A stretch of 64,000 nt of DNA from Candidatus Micrarchaeota archaeon. Its GTDB lineage: Archaea > Micrarchaeota > Micrarchaeia > Anstonellales > Bilamarchaeaceae. Shown piece by piece: positions 1 to 8,957 of the stretch. The notes beneath the pieces are model-generated. The model did not search any database. It saw nothing but the letters and a program-made list of their open reading frames with translations, and was not told where the DNA came from. The position numbers and the translations under genes are program-made. Within the stretch, counting starts at the first letter, position 1, and every line of letters starts with the position of its first letter. The DNA lies in the NCBI GenBank assembly GCA_016212525.1, contig JACRGD010000005.1:90304-154303 (forward strand), read 5' to 3'.

Positions 1-2
1 TT

Positions 3-641
3 CCTGATAAGAATAGACTAAAAAGTCCTGACCTATTAGTAAAAGACCCGCGAGGAGTATATTTAGCTGTGGAGGTCAAACAGAAAACAAAACTTAACAA
101 TCGGATCAAGAAGATCAAAAACTTTGGTTTAAATTCATTTGACGAATTCTCAAAGCTTGGTTATGATATGGATCTTAGATTGACCGAAGCATTTCACCTA
201 CAAAAAGATCTCGACAATCTCTTTCCAACGCTAATAAATTTTGTTAAACAAAAACTATCCGAAGGCCAATTAAGTGGCTCGGACCAGTCTAATCTTATCA
301 TTTGGGTTGCAAAGAAGAGAATTCCCACAACTGAAGGTCATCACACCTTGAGAACTATCAATTATCCTTATATAAAATATTGGTCTCGAGATAAACCAAT
401 TCTTGAAGAAGCACATGCACAAATAGCAAGTATGATGAAAACAAATCCTCGAGTTAAGCTTGGGGTGATCGTATTGGATCTATGTCATCTAGATTTTGAT
501 GTTAATGATGCAATTGATACTATAAATAATTGGAGAAAAACAAAAAAGAATTTGATGATCTTGATTCTACTTCATTCTGGTTTTCAGTACAAAAACCGCA
601 CTAGTTTTAGCGATGATTTTTTTACTGTGACTGGTCGTTAA
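3..641 (+). CDS. hypothetical protein with its 5' end outside the window; possible PD-(D/E)XK nuclease-like motif
   Basis: The frame is open from base 3 (PDKNRLKSPDLLVKDPRGVYLAVEVKQK...), so the GTG at 69 in the ORF track is probably internal. The PD...E-V-K spacing resembles a restriction-endonuclease-like core. I recognise nothing else. Confidence 0.4.
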   Translation, partial: PDKNRLKSPDLLVKDPRGVYLAVEVKQKTKLNNRIKKIKNFGLNSFDEFSKLGYDMDLRLTEAFHLQKDLDNLFPTLINFVKQKLSEGQLSGSDQSNLIIWVAKKRIPTTEGHHTLRTINYPYIKYWSRDKPILEEAHAQIASMMKTNPRVKLGVIVLDLCHLDFDVNDAIDTINNWRKTKKNLMILILLHSGFQYKNRTSFSDDFFTVTGR

Positions 642-661
642 TATTCATTTTTCTAACCCCT

Positions 662-988
662 CTACCAGATCCTCAATCCACTGCTTGTCAGAACTATTAT
701 GAGTAAATAAAGTGGAGCACAGCAAATTATTCCTATGAAGTCTTGTAGTTGTAGTCCGGCCTTACAGATTCCCCCTACATAGCCGGTTGCGGTTCCAGCC
801 TGACAACTAAAGTGAATTATCGCTAAAATGATTCCTATGCAAATTAGGCTTGTTACTGCCCAGCCAATCCCGCCTTTCTCCTTTTCGATTATAATCGGAC
901 GCTGCGGAGCGGACTTTTCAGATTTGTCATCATCCATCTCGTACTCGCCCTCTCCGTTCTTTTTCATCCGCTTTGTCTTTACTTCCAT
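662..988 (-). CDS. small membrane protein (hypothetical)
   Basis: 108-aa ORF with two or three hydrophobic helices after a charged N-terminus. It overlaps the stop of the upstream gene by 10 nt, which suggests an operon. Confidence 0.4.
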   Translation of the reverse strand: MEVKTKRMKKNGEGEYEMDDDKSEKSAPQRPIIIEKEKGGIGWAVTSLICIGIILAIIHFSCQAGTATGYVGGICKAGLQLQDFIGIICCAPLYLLIIVLTSSGLRIW

Positions 989-1671
989 GTCTGATCTCCT
1001 GCACTAATCCTTAAATTCTCTTGCTGTTTTCCAAACTGCTCGACTATTTGCTTTGCATTTGGGTGAAATATTCTTGCTGCTCTTGATAAAAATGTGTCGA
1101 TTTCAAAGTAATCCCCGATGTTCTTATCCGTAGCATATCGTATGTTGTATATCTTTTCCAAGTTTGGCTGTTTTCCAGCTGTTGCTTCGATTTCATCTGG
1201 CTCTTTGGCATATTGTTCTAAAGTATATTTTCCAAATATGCTTTTGTAATTTGAAATTATACAAATTCTCTTGTTGGTCGTTGCTACTGAGTAATTCTCA
1301 GGATTTCTTTTTCCTCCTTCGATGTAGCATTTTCGAAGTTCGCTAACGATAACTTCGCCAGATGCCAGTTTGACCTCGCTCATCATTTCTATTTTGGTAT
1401 TTTCATCTATTGTGCTATTGTTGTCGAGTTCGGTCTTTTCTTTTATTCGTTGTTCTTTGCTACCCCAACTTCCGCCTACTACGTATATTATTATTGCTAC
1501 AAACAAAAGTCCTATTGAGATCATTTGAAGTGTGCCTACGTTTATCCCCGTCATGTTCGAAATCGGTTCGGCTATCAAAGATGGGCTTCCGTGCTTGCCT
1601 GGTAGCATTAGGGCCAATGGTAGGACTGCTAGTAATAGGAAAGCCAAGTCGATTATTGTTCTAATCTTCAT
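979..1671 (-). CDS. membrane-anchored hypothetical protein
   Basis: 230-aa ORF with an N-terminal signal/TM segment, a second TM segment and then a soluble domain. No motif recognised. Confidence 0.5.
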   Translation of the reverse strand: MKIRTIIDLAFLLLAVLPLALMLPGKHGSPSLIAEPISNMTGINVGTLQMISIGLLFVAIIIYVVGGSWGSKEQRIKEKTELDNNSTIDENTKIEMMSEVKLASGEVIVSELRKCYIEGGKRNPENYSVATTNKRICIISNYKSIFGKYTLEQYAKEPDEIEATAGKQPNLEKIYNIRYATDKNIGDYFEIDTFLSRAARIFHPNAKQIVEQFGKQQENLRISAGDQTWK

Positions 1672-3010
1672 GATTTCATGTAGTTCGATTGCTCTTTAAT
1701 ATCTGTCGAAAATCATATTCTTTGTCAACTACCGACCATTGAAATGGTCGGCTTGTAACTGTTCTCCTTGCAGATGCAATTCATGGGACGTTAGATCGAT
1801 AAATCCTTCACTTCTTGTCTCTGGTTGGTTGACAACCAACCTGTCAAACTCAGTTTTACCAAGCTTGGCGATGTTTCTAGCAGCATTTAAGTCTGCATTC
1901 AGTTCAAACTTGCACTTTTTGCATTTGAATCTACTTAGTAATCTATTGGTCTTTTCACAGTGACCGCAGTTTGAACAGGTTTGACTCGTGTATTTTGGAT
2001 TCACACACAAAACTGTCTTTCCAAGAGCCACACTTTTATATCTCAAAAAATTCTCAAACTGCTTAAAAGACCAATTTCCAAGTTTTCGATTGAATGTCTT
2101 GCCTTTATTCTGTTTCATCTTTTTCAGATCTTCAAGCGCAAATACTTTGTAACTAGACTCTGCAAGTGCCTTGCTGAGTCTATGATTAATATCAGAGACA
2201 AACCGTTTTTCCCTACCACTAAGACCTTTCAATTTTTGTCTAGCACTTGGGGTGCCTTTGCTCTGCAACACCTGCCTCAGGTGCTGGTATCTGCCTTTTA
2301 CATCTTTTAGATGATTGGAATTGAAGAACTGATTATTTGAACAAACGACGATGTTGTTAATGCCCCTATCAATTCCCAGAACGTCATTCTCTTGGATTTG
2401 TTGTATTGTAGGTGCATCTTTCTCAACTACTAAATTCAGGTATAGTTTATTTTCTCGGTAGCACAAAGTGCCTGCAACTGGAGACCAGTCTAAGTATTTT
2501 TCTATCTGGGGATTTTTCGAAAACTTAAGCTTGAGCCTGCCTGCAATAGATGAAATCGAAATTGATCCATGCAGTAAATTTACTCGCAAATTCCTTTTAT
2601 CCAACCTTAGAAAAGACCTCTTCTTTGCTTTAATTCCTTTTTTTAGTTTTGTTGCCTTCAATGCTTCGGATGCAACATCCCTAACAGTCTGCAAAAGTGC
2701 AGAAGGGAAAGTTGGATATTTCTTGCGGAGTTTTTTGTAGGTGAGCTTGTGCAATTCATTTTTGTTATATGTTTTCTTTGAGTAGCCAATTTTCAAGATT
2801 TCACGATAGATTTCGTTAGCAATATCTATGGTTTGCAGGAGAAAATTATTAGTGTGAAGTTTGATCCTAATTGTTCTTTGCATGAATCTTAGAATCCGGG
2901 CTAGTTTAAATATTTAGACAGACGTCATTTCCGCGGAACTAACTACGAAAGGATGCAAATTCATCTCACAAGACTTCGCGATCTGAAGATCGCTCTTCGA
3001 ATTGATGAGT
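1672..3010 (-). mobile_element. TnpB-only IS200/IS605-family (IS1341-like) element; boundaries approximate
   Basis: tnpB has no adjacent Y1 transposase. There are subterminal hairpins at both ends with the same TGAA loop on the + strand: CCGACCAT-TGAA-ATGGTCGG (1732-1751, overlapping the tnpB 3' end) and GCGATC-TGAA-GATCGC (2978-2993). Only 57 nt separate the tnpB stop from the next gene. Confidence 0.55.
1729..2883 (-). CDS. tnpB: TnpB-like RNA-guided endonuclease (IS200/IS605 family OrfB)
   Basis: 384 aa. The RuvC-like triad contexts are present: GIDRGINN (D), FALEDLK (E) and NADLNAARNI (D). A zinc finger CSNCGH...CKKCKF lies between the second and third. Confidence 0.85.
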   Translation of the reverse strand: MQRTIRIKLHTNNFLLQTIDIANEIYREILKIGYSKKTYNKNELHKLTYKKLRKKYPTFPSALLQTVRDVASEALKATKLKKGIKAKKRSFLRLDKRNLRVNLLHGSISISSIAGRLKLKFSKNPQIEKYLDWSPVAGTLCYRENKLYLNLVVEKDAPTIQQIQENDVLGIDRGINNIVVCSNNQFFNSNHLKDVKGRYQHLRQVLQSKGTPSARQKLKGLSGREKRFVSDINHRLSKALAESSYKVFALEDLKKMKQNKGKTFNRKLGNWSFKQFENFLRYKSVALGKTVLCVNPKYTSQTCSNCGHCEKTNRLLSRFKCKKCKFELNADLNAARNIAKLGKTEFDRLVVNQPETRSEGFIDLTSHELHLQGEQLQADHFNGR

Positions 3011-3129
3011 TTTCTTTGCCGAAAACAATTATAAATCTGTTCTTCCATTGTTAGTGTGCTGAGAGAAACAAACTTACTATTTTCTCAATAATACTTAATC
3101 GAGAAATCCTCGAGAGATGAGGTAATCAA

Positions 3130-3771
3130 ATGGATAAAAAGATAATTTTACCCGGAGCTAAAATCTCCGATGGAAGATTGAATATCCCAAACACTTATTC
3201 CGATGGTACTGCAACCTATGCAGCAGTTATCGGAACTATGGATGGCGCTGGCCACTACCTGCCACTTGAAACCCGATACCGGGCTTATGTGGGTGATGTA
3301 GTTATCGGCGTAGTTGTCGATTCAATCCATGCGGGATATCGTGTGGCGCTTAATCTGCCCCAAAGTGGTTTCATACCCACAAGGAACATAAAAATCGACC
3401 TTCAATTGGGCGATTTCGTTCTCTGCAAGATCCGCTCTGTAAGTGAGGTCGGTGATGTGGATTTGGGTGAAGTCAGACGACTTCCAAGAGGAAAATTAAT
3501 CAAATTCCCCTCTGCCAAAGTCCCTCGATTGATCGGACGAAAGAGCAGCATGCTTATGCTCCTTAAGACCTATGCCGGTGGCGACTTAATGGTCGGCAAC
3601 AACGGCTATGTATGGCTTAGCGACAAAAGCAACATTCCGCTCCTGTTAAAGGCAATTTCTCACATCGAAAGAAAGGCTCACAAATCGGGTCTTACTGATG
3701 AGATTGCAAATTTGTTAAAAGAAGAAACCGGACTCGATTTACCGGTTCCTCAAGGTGAAACATATGAGTAG
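3130..3771 (+). CDS. rrp4: exosome complex RNA-binding subunit Rrp4 (S1/KH)
   Basis: 213 aa with an S1-like core (GDVVIGVV...GYRVAL) and a KH-like C-terminus. It is the first gene of the canonical archaeal rrp4-rrp41-rrp42 operon. A GAGGT Shine-Dalgarno-like element lies 6 nt upstream of the ATG. Confidence 0.85.
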   Translation: MDKKIILPGAKISDGRLNIPNTYSDGTATYAAVIGTMDGAGHYLPLETRYRAYVGDVVIGVVVDSIHAGYRVALNLPQSGFIPTRNIKIDLQLGDFVLCKIRSVSEVGDVDLGEVRRLPRGKLIKFPSAKVPRLIGRKSSMLMLLKTYAGGDLMVGNNGYVWLSDKSNIPLLLKAISHIERKAHKSGLTDEIANLLKEETGLDLPVPQGETYE

Positions 3772-4510
3772 CAGTATTAGTGACGTTCAATTAATTGTGG
3801 ATGGAAAGCGACTTGACGGTCGAACTGAAAACGAACTCCGGCCAATTAGAATGGAAGTCGGTGTTATTCCCGAGGCTGACGGTTCCGCCTTTATCGAATG
3901 GGGAGGCAATAAAATTATCTGCGGTGTCTACGGTCCACGTGAATGTGTTCCAAAGCACGATGCAAGTCCCTATCATGCGGTAGTCAAATGCCGATACATG
4001 ATGTCTCCTTTTGCCTCTCTTGATGAGCACAGCAAAAGCGGTCCATCAAGGCGAAGCGTTGAGCTCTCCAAAGTCATCCGGGAAGTTTTCGAAAACCTCA
4101 TCAAAACCGAGGCATTCCCAAATACGCAGATCGATATCTTCATCGATGTCCTTCAGGCCGAGGGAGGAACCCGTACTGCTTCAATTACTGTTGCGGCATT
4201 GGCCCTTGCAAATGCAGGAATCCCAATGAAAGATATGGTTTCCTCAGTTGCAGTCGGAAAAGGAGGAAATGTCCTTTTGGTCGACTTGGGAAAAGCAGAA
4301 GACAATTTCGGTCAGTCCGATATGCCTCTTGCGATCTCGAACCGGGACAAATCAATAATGTTACTCCAGATGGACGGTCTGCTAACTAAAGAAGAAATTG
4401 TCCAGATTCTGGAAATGGCAACTGGCGCGTGCGATGTTTTGCACGAGAAACAGTCTGCAGCTCTTTTGAAATTCTATGAAGAGGGCGAGCAGGACGATTT
4501 AAACTTGTAA
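3764..4510 (+). CDS. rrp41: exosome complex exonuclease Rrp41 (RNase PH fold)
   Basis: RNase PH-like sequence (RLDGRTENELRPI, GSAFIEWGGNKI, GGTRTASITVAALALANAGIPM). I prefer the ATG at 3764 to the GTG at 3755. It overlaps the rrp4 stop by 8 nt. Confidence 0.9.
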   Translation: MSSSISDVQLIVDGKRLDGRTENELRPIRMEVGVIPEADGSAFIEWGGNKIICGVYGPRECVPKHDASPYHAVVKCRYMMSPFASLDEHSKSGPSRRSVELSKVIREVFENLIKTEAFPNTQIDIFIDVLQAEGGTRTASITVAALALANAGIPMKDMVSSVAVGKGGNVLLVDLGKAEDNFGQSDMPLAISNRDKSIMLLQMDGLLTKEEIVQILEMATGACDVLHEKQSAALLKFYEEGEQDDLNL

Positions 4511-4523
4511 AGAGGTCTTGATT

Positions 4524-5321
4524 ATGGGAGAAGAAACAAGAGACATTATACTTTCTAATATTCGAAGAGATATTTTGGTCGATACTTTGGCCAAAGGCAG
4601 CCGATTTGACGGCCGGGCATTTGATCAATATCGGCCAGTCAAGGTCCGAAAAGGCGTTCTTGATACTGCAGAGGGTTCTGCACTGGCCGAAGTTGGTCAG
4701 ACTCGCGTGCTTGCTGCAGTTAAGTTCGACGTGGTAAAGCCATTTTCCGATCGTCCTACTGAAGGTGTGTTCGTTACAAATGCAGAATTGCTTCCGTTGG
4801 CATCGCCAACTTTCGAGCCAGGTCCGCCAGATGAAAACTGCATCGAGCTTGCCCGTGTTGTCGATCGTACTATTCGCAGCACTGAGTGTGTAAATGTCAA
4901 AGAATTCTACTTGGAGCCAGAGAAGGTATTGGGTCTTTATGTCGATTTATATGTCCTTAACCACTCTGGAAACTACACTGACGCTTCTACTCTTGCGGCA
5001 ACTGCTGCTCTTATGAATGCAAAAATTCCAAAATACGAAGATGGAAAATTAATTCGTGGTGAATATTCTGGTCCTCTTAATCTTCGTGGTGGTCTTCCGG
5101 TAACTTGTCATATGATAAAGGTCGGAAACTACTGGCTTGTCGATCCATCTAGGGATGAGGAATTGGTTGCTGAAACTGTTCTTTCTATTGGAAACACCGA
5201 TACTCATGTCTGCACTTTGCAGAAGGGTAAAGGTTCTTTGTCTAAGGATGAACTCTTAAGCAACATAGACATAGCATTTAAAAGGGGAAATGATCTAAGA
5301 TATATCTTGCAAAAAGACTAA
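4524..5321 (+). CDS. rrp42: exosome complex subunit Rrp42 (RNase PH-like, non-catalytic)
   Basis: RNase PH-like second subunit (RFDGRAFDQYRPV...) in the conserved gene order. The ATG at 4524 is preceded by AGAGGT. Confidence 0.88.
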   Translation: MGEETRDIILSNIRRDILVDTLAKGSRFDGRAFDQYRPVKVRKGVLDTAEGSALAEVGQTRVLAAVKFDVVKPFSDRPTEGVFVTNAELLPLASPTFEPGPPDENCIELARVVDRTIRSTECVNVKEFYLEPEKVLGLYVDLYVLNHSGNYTDASTLAATAALMNAKIPKYEDGKLIRGEYSGPLNLRGGLPVTCHMIKVGNYWLVDPSRDEELVAETVLSIGNTDTHVCTLQKGKGSLSKDELLSNIDIAFKRGNDLRYILQKD

Positions 5322-5346
5322 AAAATTAAAAAAAGGTTAGATTTTA

Positions 5347-5580
5347 ATGAGATCTGCAAAATTTGGTGCTTCAATACGAAAACTTTTCAGCGCAGCTGTA
5401 AAGTCACAAAATACTAAGTATGAGTGTCCTCACTGCCACAAAATCAAGATAAATCGCGTGAGTACTTCTGTCTGGAAATGCAAATCCTGCGACGCTATGT
5501 TTGCCGGTGGCGCATATTCCTTTACAACCGAGGCTGGTGAAATTTCAGCCCGTTTGGTTTCTGAATACGCAAGGAGTTAA
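5347..5580 (+). CDS. rpl37ae: 50S ribosomal protein L37Ae
   Basis: 77 aa with the zinc ribbon CPHC...CKSC and typical L37Ae flanks (FGASIRK, AGGAY). Conserved superoperon position. Confidence 0.9.
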   Translation: MRSAKFGASIRKLFSAAVKSQNTKYECPHCHKIKINRVSTSVWKCKSCDAMFAGGAYSFTTEAGEISARLVSEYARS

Positions 5581-5585
5581 TTTCA

Positions 5586-5720
5586 ATGGCACAATACATT
5601 GATCTTAAGACTGGTACTGTTCTGACTGTCGAGGGAGAAAAATTCTCTTTCCCAACTACTGGTGCAAACATCCTTCTTAAGCCAAGACCTCCAATTGCAA
5701 AGGAAGTCCGAGCAGATTAG
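5586..5720 (+). CDS. rpoP: RNA polymerase subunit P (RpoP/Rpb12-like) lacking all four zinc-ligand cysteines
   Basis: A 44-aa ORF that is not in the track: MAQYIDLKTGTVLTVEGEKFSFPTTGANILLKPRPPIAKEVRAD. It sits in the RpoP slot between rpl37ae and Brix. It aligns by eye with archaeal RpoP (MAxYxCxxCG...CPYCGxxIxxKxRxP..K.V.A), but the Cys positions read D, T, F and T. Confidence 0.55.
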   Translation: MAQYIDLKTGTVLTVEGEKFSFPTTGANILLKPRPPIAKEVRAD

Positions 5721-5757
5721 TTTTTTCTTATTTTTATCTCTATTTTTGGGCTTAGAA

Positions 5758-6006
5758 ATGTATACTACAAGCAGATATTCCTCTTCTTCTGCAAGGTCTT
5801 TTGCTAAAAAAACTGCACTTGAAAATGGCGAACTTTATGTCGCCCGGGGCAAGAAGACTATCTTTAGGCTTGTTTTCCTTGCCCGCAAGATGGGTGAAGA
5901 GTTTATTGCGGTTGTGGAAGATGGATCCAATGAATCTTTTAATATCTCTTTGATAAAAGTTAATCCGGACGGGGGTTGGAACTGGTGCGATACAAAAGTC
6001 AAATGA
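5758..6006 (+). CDS. Brix/Imp4-like ribosome-biogenesis protein, about half normal length
   Basis: 82 aa starting MYTTSRYSSSSARSFAKK...YVARGKKTIFRLV. This matches the N-terminal Brix signature (TTSR..S.R.RSF...Y.NRGK). The upstream part of track ORF 5662-6006 overlaps rpoP and is rejected. Confidence 0.55.
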   Translation: MYTTSRYSSSSARSFAKKTALENGELYVARGKKTIFRLVFLARKMGEEFIAVVEDGSNESFNISLIKVNPDGGWNWCDTKVK

Positions 6007-6242
6007 CTGTCTCTTTTGAAAGCGAGTCTTCTGCCAAAGCTGCGCTTACTGCCATTAGCCACGAGGGCGAGATTGAGGGTAATGTTCGATCTAAGCTTAA
6101 ATTCTCACAAAAGGGTGTTGATTTGCATATTTCTGCCGATGCTACTGATTCCGTGTCGCTACGTGCCGCTCTTAACTCGGTCCTTAGGATTCTGAGCTCT
6201 ATCGAACAAATCGAAAAAGATATTAATAGTGGTCATGAATAA
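6003..6242 (+). CDS. pcc1: KEOPS complex subunit Pcc1
   Basis: MTVSFESESSAKAALTAISHE...RSKLKFSQKGVDLHISADATDSVSLRAALNSVLRIL aligns by eye with archaeal Pcc1, including the ATD..ALRA..NS.LRW signature. Its ATG overlaps the Brix stop (ATGA). Confidence 0.75.
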   Translation: MTVSFESESSAKAALTAISHEGEIEGNVRSKLKFSQKGVDLHISADATDSVSLRAALNSVLRILSSIEQIEKDINSGHE

Positions 6243-6272
6243 TACTATTACTCATTTTGAGGTGCTATTTAA

Positions 6273-6623
6273 ATGGTAAAAAGAGATGAAGATCTGAATC
6301 GAAGCTTAATGGAATACGAAAACATGGAAAAACAGCTCGAAGTCCTGTTGATCCAGAAACACCAGCTCGAGATTCAGCGAAGCGAAATCCGACATGCTGT
6401 CGATGCTCTTAAGGGCGCAACTGGCGATGTATATCGATCCGTTGGAACTGTTCTGATTCACACTACTAAAGATACTGCAGAAAAAGACCTTAAAGAAAAG
6501 GAAGAACTTTTGGAAGTCAAAGTCAACGCTCTTGCGAAACAGGAAGAACGACTTAGGTCTACTGTAATGGATCAGCAGAAGAAACTACAGGAACGACTTA
6601 AGGACTATAGTAAACCTAGCTAA
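6273..6623 (+). CDS. pfdB: prefoldin beta subunit
   Basis: 116-aa coiled-coil / beta-hairpin / coiled-coil protein (LEVLLIQKHQLEIQRSEI...VYRSVGTVLI...). Conserved superoperon position. Confidence 0.85.
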   Translation: MVKRDEDLNRSLMEYENMEKQLEVLLIQKHQLEIQRSEIRHAVDALKGATGDVYRSVGTVLIHTTKDTAEKDLKEKEELLEVKVNALAKQEERLRSTVMDQQKKLQERLKDYSKPS

Positions 6624-6779
6624 CTAGCTAAACGCAACGCTTGTGTTTAACTATCCTTTTCTCTCTTTTCTATTATATTTTCTACTCTTCTGATTTCGAT
6701 TTATTCTTTTCGAACTTAGTTTTATGTCAATTTCAATCGAAACACAAACCTTGTTAATGTTAGTTCATATTAACTTTTT

Positions 6780-7739
6780 ATGACTCTCGACTCCAACATT
6801 ACGATTTTCAAAAATTTCCTCAAAAAATATGGCAATAAGCGAATCGCAGTAGTTACTCACAACAAAGCCGATGTCGATGCCCTCTCATCCGCATTCGCCC
6901 TTAGTTCTGTTCTGCCAAACAGTATCATCTGCACTGACGAGGACATGAAAAACGGTGCCGATGCTCTGTGCGAGCGCCTTAAGATCAAGGTTCACTCTCT
7001 TCCTGATTTCGAGCAGTTCAAAGATGAATTTGCCGGAATTATCGTTACTGATACTGGCGCATATACTATGTGTCCGGCAACCCGAGACTGGAAAATCCTA
7101 TGCATCGTAGATCATCATCAGGCATCGGGTCGGGACATGAAAGCTGAGTTCGAGATCTTCGATGACAAATCCCCATCCGCGGCAGAAATAGTTGCAAATC
7201 TTATCGATCCAAAACAGAAAGATGTTTGCTTCGCCTTAAGTGTCGGAATCATTGCCGATGGTGCCCGGTTCAAGAGTGCCCGGCAGCAGACCTTTGAAAC
7301 TTTGGGCCGATTAATGAAAATTGCCGATGCTCCTTATGGTGAATTGCTTTCGTACGCTGAGCCAGAGCCCAAGCCCGAAGCCAAGGCTGCGATCCTTAGT
7401 TGTCTAAGTAAATCTAAGTCGGTCTATGTAAATGATTATTTTGTGGCTACTAGCGAAACTATCAGCAACGAGAGCGATGCTGCATCTGCCCTTACTGAAG
7501 CTGCTGATGTTGCCTTTGTTGCCAAATGGAATGATGAATTTCAGGAGACCCGGGTTGGTGCCCGGGCAAGAAGAATGGTTAGCGTTCCTATGAACGAAGT
7601 TATGTCTCTTGCAGCTAAATCTACTGGCGGCTCTGGTGGCGGGCACCCCAAAGCAGCCGGCGGAGCGTTTAAATGCCATACTCAGGAAGCATTGGAAAAA
7701 TGCATTGAGACTTTTGAAAAACTAAGCAGAACTACCTAA
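6780..7739 (+). CDS. DHH/DHHA1-family phosphoesterase (NrnA/RecJ-like)
   Basis: Motifs HNKADVDALSS, IVTDTG, VDHHQ (DHH) and GGGHPKAAG (DHHA1). Confidence 0.8.
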   Translation: MTLDSNITIFKNFLKKYGNKRIAVVTHNKADVDALSSAFALSSVLPNSIICTDEDMKNGADALCERLKIKVHSLPDFEQFKDEFAGIIVTDTGAYTMCPATRDWKILCIVDHHQASGRDMKAEFEIFDDKSPSAAEIVANLIDPKQKDVCFALSVGIIADGARFKSARQQTFETLGRLMKIADAPYGELLSYAEPEPKPEAKAAILSCLSKSKSVYVNDYFVATSETISNESDAASALTEAADVAFVAKWNDEFQETRVGARARRMVSVPMNEVMSLAAKSTGGSGGGHPKAAGGAFKCHTQEALEKCIETFEKLSRTT

Positions 7740-7754
7740 GCTCGAGGTTTTATC

Positions 7755-8039
7755 ATGTCTTTGAGTTTAATCCTTCGGTCTTTTTTCTTGTTGATCTTGA
7801 TAGTTCTATCTTTTGGTTGCGTGGAAGTGCGACCTGTTGGTTCCTATGAAAAAGCCTGCTATTTGGGAGGTGGAACCTGGAATATGTTTCCCCCTAACTG
7901 TGGTGGTGATGTTTGTGTTGATCCGAATTTAACTGGAAAAGGATTTGGTATTTGTAACCTAATGGTTACTCCTAGTTGCGATTGTGGGCCTACTATGTGC
8001 TGGTCTGAAACTCAGGATAAGTGTATTCCTAATCCTTAG
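7755..8039 (+). CDS. small secreted cysteine-rich lipoprotein (hypothetical)
   Basis: Signal peptide ending in the lipobox-like LSFGC. The mature part of about 70 aa contains 10 Cys. Confidence 0.5.
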   Translation: MSLSLILRSFFLLILIVLSFGCVEVRPVGSYEKACYLGGGTWNMFPPNCGGDVCVDPNLTGKGFGICNLMVTPSCDCGPTMCWSETQDKCIPNP

Positions 8040-8047
8040 GTTTTAAT

Positions 8048-8425
8048 ATGAACTTCAACTCAACGGAACTATCTCGTTCGATGTGGATCATTGTTGCATC
8101 TTTGTTGTTACTTGTTGCAATCTCTATTTTCGCTCCTTCAAACTATGTTTATTGCGGTTCATGCACTCAAAATGCTAAGAACTGTGAATGCACTCTATTT
8201 CACGTTTATTTTATTTTTGTCTATCTTTCCTTCCCCTTCCTATTTGGTCTGATTTACTATTATCTCAAGGCTAAGCCTTCATTGGTGTCAATGCTGATTG
8301 TCTGCATCATTTTATTTCTATTCTCAATACTTGCCCTCTTCCTCACCTTCTTTTTCCTAAATCTGGTTCAATCTGCACTCGGTTCTGGTCTTTGGTTTTA
8401 TAAAAAAGATGTTTTGATTATCTAA
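8048..8425 (+). CDS. integral membrane protein (hypothetical)
   Basis: 125 aa with four predicted hydrophobic helices. No motif recognised. Confidence 0.45.
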   Translation: MNFNSTELSRSMWIIVASLLLLVAISIFAPSNYVYCGSCTQNAKNCECTLFHVYFIFVYLSFPFLFGLIYYYLKAKPSLVSMLIVCIILFLFSILALFLTFFFLNLVQSALGSGLWFYKKDVLII

Positions 8426-8434
8426 TTCTTACTC

Positions 8435-8860
8435 TTAACTGCCTGCTCCATAGTACCAATACAATGCTTCCTGAATGCCGCTTCCATAAAGTAGAATCCA
8501 TATTCCCAATATTCCCAAGATGCTACTGACTATGAGTGCGATGTTGAATACCGCTAAATTTTGTAAATTGATTTTCTTTCCTCTGAAATAATGCCAATTT
8601 GCTACTAGAAATGCAGCGCTTATCCAGATTAGTGGATTATACTGTGTTGATCGTTTTATGTATGTTCTGGTTACCATACACGTAAGTCCAGGAGCAGATC
8701 CTAAAGGTCCCTCGCTTTCGGGATAAAAATCCGGATTCATGACTTCGCATCCAGTATATGTGATAGTTTTGATTGGAAATATGACGTATGAAATAACTAT
8801 TGTGCAGGCTGCCAAAATGACGCTTAATGCGAATCGAGGCCAATCGATATCGATATTCAT
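8435..8860 (-). CDS. integral membrane protein (hypothetical)
   Basis: 141 aa with three or four hydrophobic helices. No motif recognised. Confidence 0.45.
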   Translation of the reverse strand: MNIDIDWPRFALSVILAACTIVISYVIFPIKTITYTGCEVMNPDFYPESEGPLGSAPGLTCMVTRTYIKRSTQYNPLIWISAAFLVANWHYFRGKKINLQNLAVFNIALIVSSILGILGIWILLYGSGIQEALYWYYGAGS

Positions 8861-8957
8861 GTATATTCAGTTCCTGTTTGCTGTATTAACCTTTTCGGAT
8901 TGGTTTTTATCCTTTCTTTTCCTAATCTCTCTATCTGATTATCTTAGGTGTGGCTTC

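Noticed and set aside
5662-5757. N-terminal extension of the Brix ORF from an alternative start at 5662.
   Set aside because: It overlaps the rpoP-like ORF in another frame and translates to low-complexity sequence. The Brix signature begins at the ATG at 5758.
8739-8957. Upstream 73 codons of the purA track ORF.
   Set aside because: They overlap the opposite-strand membrane-protein gene. The canonical purA N-terminus MKTIIVGGQYGDEGKGK begins at 8958.
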